From positions 137,330,001 to 137,394,000 of the forward strand of contig OZ024740.1 in NCBI GenBank assembly GCA_964016885.1: DNA of 64,000 bases. The letters are read 5' to 3'. Of the stretch, positions 43,001 to 55,128 are shown piece by piece. A program made the translations under genes and the position numbers. Below the pieces are notes generated by a model. The model saw only the letters and a list, made by a program, of their open reading frames with translations. It made no database searches and was not told where the DNA came from. The stretch's first letter is position 1; every line of letters begins with the position of its first letter. This DNA comes from Eledone cirrhosa (Eukaryota).

Positions 43001-46000
43001 TTCTCTCAATCTGCAATTCTCTCTTTCTCTTATCACTTTTCTCTCAATCTCCAATTCTCTCTTTCTCTTCTCACTTTTCCCCTAATCTCCAATTCTCTCT
43101 TTCTCTTATCACTTTTCTCTCAATCTCCAATTCTCTCTTTCTCTTATCACTTTTCTCTCAATCTCCAATTCTCTATTTCTCTCATCCATTTTCTCTCAAT
43201 CTGCAATTCTCTCTTTCTTTTCTCACTTTTCCCCCAATCTCCAATTCTCTCTTTCTCTTCACACTTTTCCCCCAATCTCCAATTATCTCATTCTCTTCAC
43301 ACTTTTCCCCCAATCTCCAATTCTCTCTTTCTCTTCTCACTTTTCTCTCAATCTCCAATCCTCTCTTTCTGTTCTCAGTTTTCCCCCAATCTCCAATTCT
43401 CTATTTCTCTTAGCACTTTTCTCTCAATCCCCCATTCTCTCTCTCTCTTATCACTTTTCTCTAAATCTCCAATTCTCTCTTTCTCTTCTCACTTTTCTCT
43501 CAATCTCCAATTCTCTCTTTCTCTTATCACTTTTCTCTCAATCTCCAATTCTCTCTTTCTCTTATCACTTTTCTCTCAATCTCCAATTCTCTCTTTCTCT
43601 TATCAGTTTTCTCTCAATCTGCAATTCTCTCTTTCTCTTATCACTTTTCTCTCAATCTCCAATTCTCTCTTTCTCTTCTCACTTTTCCCCTAATCTCCAA
43701 TTCTCTCTTTCTCTTATCACTTTTCTCTCAATCTCCATTTCTCTCTTTCTCTTATCACTTTTCTCTCAATCTCAATTCTCTCTTTCTCTTATCACTTTTC
43801 TCTCAATCTCCAATTCTCTCTTTCTCTTATCCATTTTCTCTCAATCTGCAATTCTCTCTTTCTTTTCTCACTTTTCCCCCAATCTCCAATTCTCTCTTTC
43901 TCTTCACACTTTTCCCCCAATCTCCAATTCTCTCTTTCTCTTCACACTTATCCCCCAATCTCCAATTCTCTCTTTCTCTTCTCACTTTTCTCTCAATCTC
44001 CAATTCTCTCTTTCTCTTATCACTTTTCTCTCAATCTCCAATTTTTCTGTCTCTTATCACTTTTCTCTCAATCTCCAACTCTCTCTTTCTCTTATCCCTT
44101 TTCTCTCAATCTCCAATTCTCTCTTTCTCTTCTCACTTTTCTCTCAATCTCCAATCCTCTCTTTCTGTTCTCAGTTTTCCCCCAATCTCCAATTCTCTAT
44201 TTCTCTTAGCACTTTTCTCTCAATCCCCCATTCTCTCTCTCTCTTATCACTTTTCTCTCAATCTCCAATTCTCTCTTTCTCTTATCACTTTTCTCTCAAA
44301 CTACAATTCTCTCTTTCTCTCATCACATTTCTCGCAATCTCCAATTCTCTCTTTCTCTTATCAGTTTTCTCTCAATCTGCAATTCTCTCTTTCTCTTATC
44401 ACTTTTCTCTCAATCTCCAATTCTCTCTTTCTCCTCTCACTTTTCCCCTAATCTCCAATTCTCTCTTTCTCTTATCACTTTTCTCTCAATCTCCAATTCT
44501 CTCTTTCTCTTATCACTTTTCTCTCAATCTCAATTCTCTCTTTCTCTTATCACTTTTCTCTCAATCTCCAATTCTCTCTTTCTCTTATCCATTTTCTCTC
44601 AATCTGCAATTCTCTCTTTCTTTTCTCACTTTTCCCCCAATCTCCAATTCTCTCTTTCTCTTCACACTTTCCCCCCAATCTCCAATTCTCTCTTTCTCTT
44701 CACACTTTTCCCCTAATCTCCAATTCTCTCTTTCTCTTCTCACTTTTCTCTCAATCTCCAATTCTCTCTTTCTCTCATCAGTTTTCTCTCAATCTCCAAT
44801 TCTTTCTTTCTCTTATCACTTTTCTCTCAATCTCCAACTCTCTCTTTCTCTTATCCCTTTTCTCTCAATCTCCAAATCTCTCTTTCTCTTCTCACTTTTC
44901 TCTCAATCTCCAATCCTCTCTTTCTGTTCTCAGTTTTCCCCCAATCTCCAATTCTCTCTTTCTCTTCTCACTTTTCTCTCAATCTCCAATTCTCTCTTTC
45001 TCTTATCACTTTTCTCTCAATCTCCAATTCTCTCTTTCTCTTATCACTTTTCTCTCAATCTCCAATTCTCTCTTTCTCTTATCAGTTTTCTCTCAATCTG
45101 CAATTCTCTCTTTCTCTTATCACTTTTCTCTCAATCTCCAATTCTCTCTTTCTCTTCTCACTTTTCCCCTAATCTCCAATTCTCTCTTTCTCTTATCACT
45201 TTTCTCTCAATCTCCATTTCTCTCTTTCTCTTATCACTTTTCTCTCAATCTCAATTCTCTCTTTCTCTTATCACTTTTCTCTCAATCTCCAATTCTCTCT
45301 TTCTCTTATCCATTTTCTCTCAATCTGCAATTCTCTCTTTCTTTTCTCACTTTTCCCCCAATCTCCAATTCTCTCTTTCTCTTCACACTTTTCCCCCAAT
45401 CTCCAATTCTCTCTTTCTCTTCACACTTATCCCCCAATCTCCAATTCTCTCTTTCTCTTCTCACTTTTCTCTCAATCTCCAATTCTCTCTTTCTCTTATC
45501 ACTTTTCTCTCAATCTCCAATTTTTCTGTCTCTTATCACTTTTCTCTCAATCTCCAACTCTCTCTTTCTCTTATCCCTTTTCTCTCAATCTCCAATTCTC
45601 TCTTTCTCTTCTCACTTTTCTCTCAATCTCCAATCCTCTCTTTCTGTTCTCAGTTTTCCCCCAATCTCCAATTCTCTATTTCTCTTAGCACTTTTCTCTC
45701 AATCCCCCATTCTCTCTCTCTCTTATCACTTTTCTCTCAATCTCCAATTCTCTCTTTCTCTTATCACTTTTCTCTCAAACTACAATTCTCTCTTTCTCTC
45801 ATCACATTTCTCGCAATCTCCAATTCTCTCTTTCTCTTATCAGTTTTCTCTCAATCTGCAATTCTCTCTTTCTCTTATCACTTTTCTCTCAATCTCCAAT
45901 TCTCTCTTTCTCCTCTCACTTTTCCCCTAATCTCCAATTCTCTCTTTCTCTTATCACTTTTCTCTCAATCTCCAATTCTCTCTTTCTCTTATCAGTTTTC

Positions 46001-49000
46001 TCTCAATCTCCAATTCTTTCTTTCTCTTATCACTTTTCTCTCAATCTCCAACTCTCTCTTTCTCTTATCCCTTTTCTCTCAATCTCCAAATCTCTCTTTC
46101 TCTTCTCACTTTTCTCTCAATCTCCAATCCTCTCTTTCTGTTCTCAGTTTTCCCCCAATCTCCAATTCTCTCTTTCTCTTCTCACTTTTCTCTCAATCTC
46201 CAATTCTCTCTTTCTCTTATCACTTTTCTCTCAATCTCCAATTCTCTCTTTCTCTTATCACTTTTCTCTCAATCTCCAATTCTCTCTTTCTCTTATCAGT
46301 TTTCTCTCAATCTGCAATTCTCTCTTTCTCTTATCACTTTTCTCTCAATCTCCAATTCTCTCTTTCTCTTCTCACTTTTCCCCTAATCTCCAATTCTCTC
46401 TTTCTCTTATCACTTTTCTCTCAATCTCCATTTCTCTCTTTCTCTTATCACTTTTCTCTCAATCTCCAATTCTCTCTTTCTCTTATCAGTTTTCTCTCAA
46501 TCTGCAATTCTCTCTTTCTCTTATCACTTTTCTCTCAATCTCCAATTCTCTCTTTCTCTTCTCACTTTTCCCCTAATCTCCAATTCTCTCTTTCTCTTAT
46601 CACTTTTCTCTCAATCTCCATTTCTCTCTTTCTCTTATCACTTTTCTCTCAATCTCAATTCTCTCTTTCTCTTATCACTTTTCTCTCAATCTCCAATTCT
46701 CTCTTTCTCTTATCCATTTTCTCTCAATCTGCAATTCTCTCTTTCTTTTCTCACTTTTCCCCCAATCTCCAATTCTCTCTTTCTCTTCACACTTTTCCCC
46801 CAATCTCCAATTCTCTCTTTCTCTTCACACTTATCCCCCAATCTCCAATTCTCTCTTTCTCTTCTCACTTTTCTCTCAATCTCCAATTCTCTCTTTCTCT
46901 TATCACTTTTCTCTCAATCTCCAATTTTTCTGTCTCTTATCACTTTTCTCTCAATCTCCAACTCTCTCTTTCTCTTATCCCTTTTCTCTCAATCTCCAAT
47001 TCTCTCTTTCTCTTCTCACTTTTCTCTCAATCTCCAATCCTCTCTTTCTGTTCTCAGTTTTCCCCCAATCTCCAATTCTCTATTTCTCTTAGCACTTTTC
47101 TCTCAATCCCCCATTCTCTCTCTCTCTTATCACTTTTCTCTCAATCTCCAATTCTCTCTTTCTCTTATCACTTTTCTCTCAAACTACAATTCTCTCTTTC
47201 TCTCATCACATTTCTCGCTATCTCCAATTCTCTCTTTCTCTTATCAGTTTTCTCTCAATCTGCAATTCTCTCTTTCTCTTATCACTTTTCTCTCAATCTC
47301 CAATTCTCTCTTTCTCCTCTCACTTTTCCCCTAATCTCCAATTCTCTCTTTCTCTTATCACTTTTCTCTCAATCTCCAATTCTCTCTTTCTCTTATCACT
47401 TTTCTCTCAATCTCAATTCTCTCTTTCTCTTATCACTTTTCTCTCAATCTCCAATTCTCTCTTTCTCTTATCCATTTTCTCTCAATCTGCAATTCTCTCT
47501 TTCTTTTCTCACTTTTCCCCCAATCTCCAATTCTCTCTTTCTCTTCACACTTTCCCCCCAATCTCCAATTCTCTCTTTCTCTTCACACTTTTCCCCTAAT
47601 CTCCAATTCTCTCTTTCTCTTCTCACTTTTCTCTCAATCTCCAATTCTCTCTTTCTCTTATCAGTTTTCTCTCAATCTCCAATTCTTTCTTTCTCTTATC
47701 ACTTTTCTCTCAATCTCCAACTCTCTCTTTCTCTTATCCCTTTTCTCTCAATCTCCAAATCTCTCTTTCTCTTCTCACTTTTCTCTCAATCTCCAATCCT
47801 CTCTTTCTGTTCTCAGTTTTCCCCCAATCTCCAATTCTCTCTTTCTCTTCTCACTTTTCTCTCAATCTCCAATTCTCTCTTTCTCTTATCACTTTTCTCT
47901 CAATCTCCAATTCTCTCTTTCTCTTATCACTTTTCTCTCAATCTCCAATTCTCTCTTTCTCTTATCAGTTTTCTCTCAATCTGCAATTCTCTCTTTCTCT
48001 TATCACTTTTCTCTCAATCTCCAATTCTCTCTTTCTCTTCTCACTTTTCCCCTAATCTCCAATTCTCTCTTTCTCTTATCACTTTTCTCTCAATCTCCAT
48101 TTCTCTCTTTCTCTTATCACTTTTCTCTCAATCTCAATTCTCTCTTTCTCTTATCACTTTTCTCTCAATCTCCAATTCTCTCTTTCTCTTATCCATTTTC
48201 TCTCAATCTGCAATTCTCTCTTTCTTTTCTCACTTTTCCCCCAATCTCCAATTCTCTCTTTCTCTTCACACTTTTCCCCCAATCTCCAATTCTCTCTTTC
48301 TCTTCACACTTATCCCCCAATCTCCAATTCTCTCTTTCTCTTCTCACTTTTCTCTCAATCTCCAATTCTCTCTTTCTCTTATCACTTTTCTCTCAATCTC
48401 CAATTTTTCTGTCTCTTATCACTTTTCTCTCAATCTCCAACTCTCTCTTTCTCTTATCCCTTTTCTCTCAATCTCCAATTCTCTCTTTCTCTTCTCACTT
48501 TTCTCTCAATCTCCAATCCTCTCTTTCTGTTCTCAGTTTTCCCCCAATCTCCAATTCTCTATTTCTCTTAGCACTTTTCTCTCAATCCCCCATTCTCTCT
48601 CTCTCTTATCACTTTTCTCTCAATCTCCAATTCTCTCTTTCTCTTATCACTTTTCTCTCAAACTACAATTCTCTCTTTCTCTCATCACATTTCTCGCAAT
48701 CTCCAATTCTCTCTTTCTCTTATCAGTTTTCTCTCAATCTGCAATTCTCTCTTTCTCTTATCACTTTTCTCTCAATCTCCAATTCTCTCTTTCTCCTCTC
48801 ACTTTTCCCCTAATCTCCAATTCTCTCTTTCTCTTATCACTTTTCTCTCAATCTCCAATTCTCTCTTTCTCTTATCACTTTTCTCTCAATCTCAATTCTC
48901 TCTTTCTCTTATCACTTTTCTCTCAATCTCCAATTCTCTCTTTCTCTTATCCATTTTCTCTCAATCTGCAATTCTCTCTTTCTTTTCTCACTTTTCCCCC

Positions 49001-50504
49001 AATCTCCAATTCTCTCTTTCTCTTCACACTGTCCCCCCAATCTCCAATTCTCTCTTTCTCTTCACACTTTTCCCCTAATCTCCAATTCTCTCTTTCTCTT
49101 CTCACTTTTCTCTCAATCTCCAATTCTCTCTTTCTCTTATCAGTTTTCTCTCAATCTCCAATTCTTTCTTTCTCTTATCACTTTTCTCTCAATCTCCAAC
49201 TCTCTCTTTCTCTTATCCCTTTTCTCTCAATCTCCAAATCTCTCTTTCTCTTCTCACTTTTCTCTCAATCTCCAATCCTCTCTTTCTGTTCTCAGTTTTC
49301 CCCCAATCTCCAATTCTCTCTTTCTCTTCTCACTTTTCTCTCAATCTCCAATTCTCTCTTTCTCTTATCACTTTTCTCTCAATCTCCAATTCTCTCTTTC
49401 TCTTATCACTTTTCTCTCAATCTCCAATTCTCTCTTTCTCTTATCAGTTTTCTCTCAATCTGCAATTCTCTCTTTCTCTTATCACTTTTCTCTCAATCTC
49501 CAATTCTCTCTTTCTCTTCTCACTTTTCCCCTAATCTCCAATTCTCTCTTTCTCTTATCACTTTTCTCTCAATCTCCATTTCTCTCTTTCTCTTATCACT
49601 TTTCTCTCAATCTCAATTCTCTCTTTCTCTTATCACTTTTCTCTCAATCTCCAATTCTCTCTTTCTCTTATCCATTTTCTCTCAATCTGCAATTCTCTCT
49701 TTCTTTTCTCACTTTTCCCCCAATCTCCAATTCTCTCTTTCTCTTCACACTTTTCCCCCAATCTCCAATTCTCTCTTTCTCTTCACACTTATCCCCCAAT
49801 CTCCAATTCTCTCTTTCTCTTCTCACTTTTCTCTCAATCTCCAATTCTCTCTTTCTCTTATCCCTTTTCTCTCAATCTCCAATTCTCTCTTTCTCTTCTC
49901 ACTTTTCTCTCAATCTCCAATCCTCTCTTTCTGTTCTCAGTTTTCCCCCAATCTCCAATTCTCTATTTCTCTTAGCACTTTTCTCTCAATCCCCCATTCT
50001 CTCTCTCTCTTATCACTTTTCTCTCAATCTCCAATTCTCTCTTTCTCTTATCACTTTTCTCTCAAACTACAATTCTCTCTTTCTCTCATCACATTTCTCG
50101 CAATCTCCAATTCTCTATTTCTCTTATCAGTTTTCTCTCAATCTGCAATTCTCTCTTTCTCTTATCACTTTTCTCTCAATCTCCAATTCTCTCTTTCTCC
50201 TCTCACTTTTCCCCTAATCTCCAATTCTCTCTTTCTCTTATCACTTTTCTCTCAATCTCCAATTCTCTCTTTCTCTTATCACTTTTCTCTCAATCTCAAT
50301 TCTCTCTTTCTCTTATCACTTTTCTCTCAATCTCCAATTCTCTCTTTCTCTTATCCATTTTCTCTCAATCTGCAATTCTCTCTTTCTTTTCTCACTTTTC
50401 CCCCAATCTCCAATTCTCTCTTTCTCTTCACACTTTCCCCCCAATCTCCAATTCTCTCTTTCTCTTCACACTTTTCCCCTAATCTCCAATTCTCTCTTTC
50501 TCTT
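31088..50504. repeat. Near-identical tandem duplication with period 9749 bp (about 31088-40755 and 40837-50504)
   Basis: Private variants at offset 9749: TTCCAGTAATCTCCT (G 31171/40920), CTGTGCTC (32825/42574, the two identical 279-aa ORFs), CTCGCTATC (37468/47217), ACTGTCCCC (39282/49031), CTCGCAA (40351/50100). Confidence 0.93.
33700..40755. repeat. 1479/1404-bp higher-order repeat (about 39/37 monomers), about 5 copies, repeated again in about 43450-50504
   Basis: CACTTATCCCCC at 34201, 35680, 37084, 38563 and 40042. CTCGC at 34585, 36064, 37468, 38947 and 40351. Confidence 0.88.
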
Positions 50505-52744
50505 CTCACTTTTCTCTCAATCTCCAATTCTCTCTTTCTCTTATCAGTTTTCTCTCAATCTCCAATTCTTTCTTTCTCTTATCACTTTTCTCTCAATCTC
50601 CAACTCTCTCTTTCTCTTATCCCTTTTCTCTCAATCTCCAAATCTCTCTTTCTCTTCTCACTTTTCTCTCAATCTCCAATCCTCTCTTTCTGTTCTCAGT
50701 TTTCCCCCAATCTCCAATTCTCTATTTCTCTTAGCACTTTTCTCTCAATCCCCCATTCTCTCTCTCTCTTATCACTTTTCTCTCAATCTCCAATTCTCTC
50801 TTTCTCTTATCACTTTTCTCTCAATCTCCAATTCTCTCTTTCTCTTAACAGTTTTCTCTCAATCTCCAATTCTCTCTTTCTCTTCTCACTTTTCCCCCAA
50901 TCTCCAATTCTCTCTTTCTCTTATCACTTTTCTCTCAATCTCCAATTCTCTCTTTCTCTTATCACTTTTCTCTCAATCTCCAATTCTCTCTTTCTCTTAT
51001 CACTTTTCTCTCAATCTCCAACTCTCTCTTTCTCTTATCCCTTTTCTCTCAATCTCCAATTATCTCTTTCTCTTATCACTTTTCTCTCAATCTCCAATTC
51101 TCTCTTTCTCTTCTCATTTTCCCCCAATCTCCAATTCTCTTTTTCTCTTTACACTTTTCCCCAACCTCCAATTCTCTCTTTCTCTTATCTTTTTTCTCTC
51201 AATCTCCAATTCTCTCTTTCCCTTCTCACTTTTCTCTCAATCTCCAATTCTCTCTTTCTCTTCTCAATTTTCTCTCAATCTACAATCCTCTCTTTCTGTT
51301 TCTCAGTTTTCCCCAAATCTCCAATTCTCTCTTTCTCTTATCACTTTTCTCTCAATCTCCCATTCTCTCTCTCTCTTATCACTTTTCTCTCAATCTCCAA
51401 TTCTCTCTTTCTCTTATCCATTTTCTCTCAATCTGCAATTCTCTCTTTCTTTTCTCACTTTTCCCCCAATCTCCAATTCTCTCTTTCTCTTCACACTTTT
51501 CCCCCAATCTCCAATTCTCTCATTCTCTTCTCACTTTTTCTCAATCTCCAATCCTCTCTTTCTGTTCTCAGTTTTCCCCCAATCTCCAATTCTCTATTTC
51601 TCTTAGCACTTTTCTCTCAATCCCCCATTCTCTCCCTCTCTTATCACTTTTCTCTCAATCTCCAATTCTCTCTTTCTCTTATCACTTTTCTCTCAATCTC
51701 CAATATCTCTCTTTCTCTTATCACTTTTCTCTCAATCTCCAATTCTCTCTTTCTCTTATCAGTTTTCTCTCAATCTGCAATTCTCTCTTTCTCTTATCAC
51801 TTTTCTCTCAATCTCCAATTCTCTCTTTCTCTTCTCACTTTTCCCCTAATCTCCAATTCTCTCTTTCTCTTATCACTTTTCTCTCAATCTCCAATTCTCT
51901 CTTTCTCTTATCACTTTTCTCTCAATCTCCAATTCTCTATTTCTCTCATCCATTTTCTCTCAATCTGCAATTCTCTCTTTCTTTTCTCACTTTTCCCCCA
52001 ATCTCCAATTCTCTCTTTCTCTTCACACTTTTCCCCCAATCTCCAATTCTCTCATTCTCTTCACACTTTTCCCCCAATCTCCAATTCTCTCTTTCTCTTC
52101 TCACTTTTCTCTCAATCTCCAATCCTCTCTTTCTGTTCTCAGTTTTCCCCCAATCTCCAATTCTCTATTTCTCTTAGCACTTTTCTCTCAATCCCCCATT
52201 CTCTCTCTCTCTTATCACTTTTCTCTAAATCTCCAATTCTCTCTTTCTCTTCTTACTTTTCTCTCAATCTACAATTCTCTCTTTCTCTGATCACTTTTCT
52301 CTCAATCTCCAATTCTCTCTTTCTCTTATCACTTTTCTCTCAATCTCCAATTCTCTCTTTCTCTTATCAGTTTTCTCTCAATCTGCAATTCTCTCTTTCT
52401 CTTATCACTTTTCTCTCAATCTCCAATTCTCTCTTTCTCTTCTCACTTTTCCCCTAATCTCCAATTCTCTCTTTCTCTTATCACTTTTCTCTCAATCTCC
52501 ATTTCTCTCTTTCTCTTATCACTTTTCTCTCAATCTCAATTCTCTCTTTCTCTTATCACTTTTCTCTCAATCTCCAATTCTCTCTTTCTCTTATCCATTT
52601 TCTCTCAATCTGCAATTCTCTCTTTCTTTTCTCACTTTTCCCCCAATCTCCAATTCTCTCTTTCTCTTCACACTTTTCCCCCAATCTCCAATTCTCTCTT
52701 TCTCTTCACACTTATCCCCCAATCTCCAATTCTCTCTTTCTCTT

Positions 52745-55128
52745 CTCACTTTTCTCTCAATCTCCAATTCTCTCTTTCTCTTATCACTTTTCTCTCAATC
52801 TCCAATTCTTTCTGTCTCTTATCACTTTTCTCTCAATCTCCAACTCTCTCTTTCTCTTATCCCTTTTCTCTCAATCTCCAATTCTCTCTTTCTCTTCTCA
52901 CTTTTCTCTCAATCTCCAATCCTCTCTTTCTGTTCTCAGTTTTCCCCCAATCTCCAATTCTCTATTTCTCTTAGCACTTTTCTCTCAATCCCCCATTCTC
53001 TCTCTCTCTTATCACTTTTCTCTCAATCTCCAATTCCCTCTTTCTCTTATCACTTTTCTCTCAAACTACAATTCTCTCTTTCTCTCATCACATTTCTCTC
53101 AATCTCCAATTCTCTCTTTCTCTTATCAGTTTTCTCTCAATCTGCAATTCTCTCTTTCTCTTATCACTTTTCTCTCAATCTCCAATTCTCTCTTTCTCTT
53201 CTCACTTTTCCCCTAATCTCCAATTCTCTCTTTCTCTTATCACTTTTCTCTCAATCTCCAATTCTCTCTTCTCTTATCACCTTTCTCTCAATCTCCAATT
53301 CTCTCTTTCTGTTATCACTTTTCTCTGAATCTCCAATTCTCTCTTCTCTTATCCATTTTCTCTCAATCTACAATTCTCTCTTTCTTTTCTCACTTTTCCC
53401 CCAATCTCCAATTCTCTCTTTCTCTTCACACTTTTCCCCCAATCTCCAATTCTCTCTTTCTCTTCACACTTTTCCCCCAATCTCCAATTCTCTCTTTCTC
53501 TTCTCACTTTTCTCTCAATCTCCAGTTCTCTCTTTCTCTTATCACTTTTCTCTCAATCACTTTCTCTCCATCTCCAATTCTCTCTTTCTCTTATCACTTT
53601 TCTCTCAATCTCCAATTCTCTCTTTCTCTTATCACTTTTCTCTCAATCTCCAATTCTCTCTTTCTCTTATCACTTTCCTCTCAATCTCCAATTCTCTCTT
53701 TCTCTTCTCACTTTTCACCCAATCTCCAATTCTCTTTTTCTCTTATCACTTTTCTCTCAATCTCCAATTCTCTCTTTCTCTTATCACTTTTCTCTCAATC
53801 TCCAATTCTCCCTTTCTCTTATCACTTTTCTCTCAATCTCCAACTCTCTCTTTCTCTTATCCCTTTTCTCTCAATCTCCAATTATCTCTTTCTCTTATCA
53901 CTTTTCTCTCAATCTCCAATTCTCTCTTTCTCTTCTCACTTTTCTCTCAATCTCCAATTCTCTCTTTCTCTTATCACTTTTCTCTCAATCTCCAATTCTT
54001 CTGTCTCTTATCACTTTTCTCTCAATCTCCAACTCTCTCTTTCTCTTATCCCTTTTCTCTCAATCTCCAATTCTCTCTTTCTCTTCTCACTTTTCTCTCA
54101 ATCTCCAATCCTCTCTTTCTGTTCTCAGTTTTCCCCCAATCTCCAATTCTCTATTTCTCTTAGCACTTTTCTCTCAATCCCCCATTCTCTCTCTCTCTTA
54201 TCACTTTTCTCTCAATCTCCAATTCTCTCTTTCTCTTATCACTTTTCTCTCAAACTACAATTCTCTCTTTCTCTCATCACATTTCTCTCAATCTCCAATT
54301 CTCTCTTTCTCTTATCAGTTTTCTCTCAATCTGCAATTCTCTCTTTCTCTTATCACTTTTCTCTCAATCTCCAATTCTCTCTTTCTCTTCTCACTTTTCC
54401 CCTAATCTCCAATTCTCTCTTTCTCTTATCACTTTTCTCTCAATCTCCAATTCTCTCTTTCTCTTATCACCTTTCTCTCAATCTCCAATTCTCTCTTTCT
54501 GTTATCACTTTTCTCTGAATCTCCAATTCTCTCTTTCTCTTATCCATTTTCTCTCAATCTGCAATTCTCTCTTTCTTTTCTCACTTTTCCCCCAATCTCC
54601 AATTCTCTCTTTCTCTTCACACTTTTCCCCCAATCTCCAATTCTCTCTTTCTCTTCACACTTTTCCCCCAATCTCCAATTCTCTCTTTCTCTTCTCACTT
54701 TTCTCTCAATCTCCAGTTCTCTCTTTCTCTTATCACTTTTCTCTCAATCACTTTTCTCTCCATCTCCAATTCTCTCTTTCTCTTATCACTTTTCTCTCAA
54801 TCTCCAATTCTCTCTTTCTCTTATCACTTTTCTCTCAATCTGCAATTCTCTCTTTCTCTTATCACTTTCCTCTCAATCTCCAATTCTCTCTTTCTCTTCT
54901 CACTTTTCACCCAATCTCCAATTCTCTCTTTCTCTTATCACTTTTCTCTCAATCTCCAATTCTCTCTTTCTCTTATCACTTTTCTCTCAATCTCCAATTC
55001 TCCCTTTCTCTTATCACTTTTCTCTCAATCTCCAACTCTCTCTTTCTCTTATCCCTTTTCTCTCAATCTCCAATTATCTCTTTCTCTTATCACTTTTCTC
55101 TCAATCTCCAATTCTCTCTTTCTCTTCT
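52745..55128. repeat. Tandem duplication of about 1.19 kb (31 monomers plus one 15-bp insert)
   Basis: CTGTCTC 52814/54003, ATCACCTTTC 53281/54471, TTTTCACCC 53717/54909. 31x38+15=1193. Confidence 0.82.
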
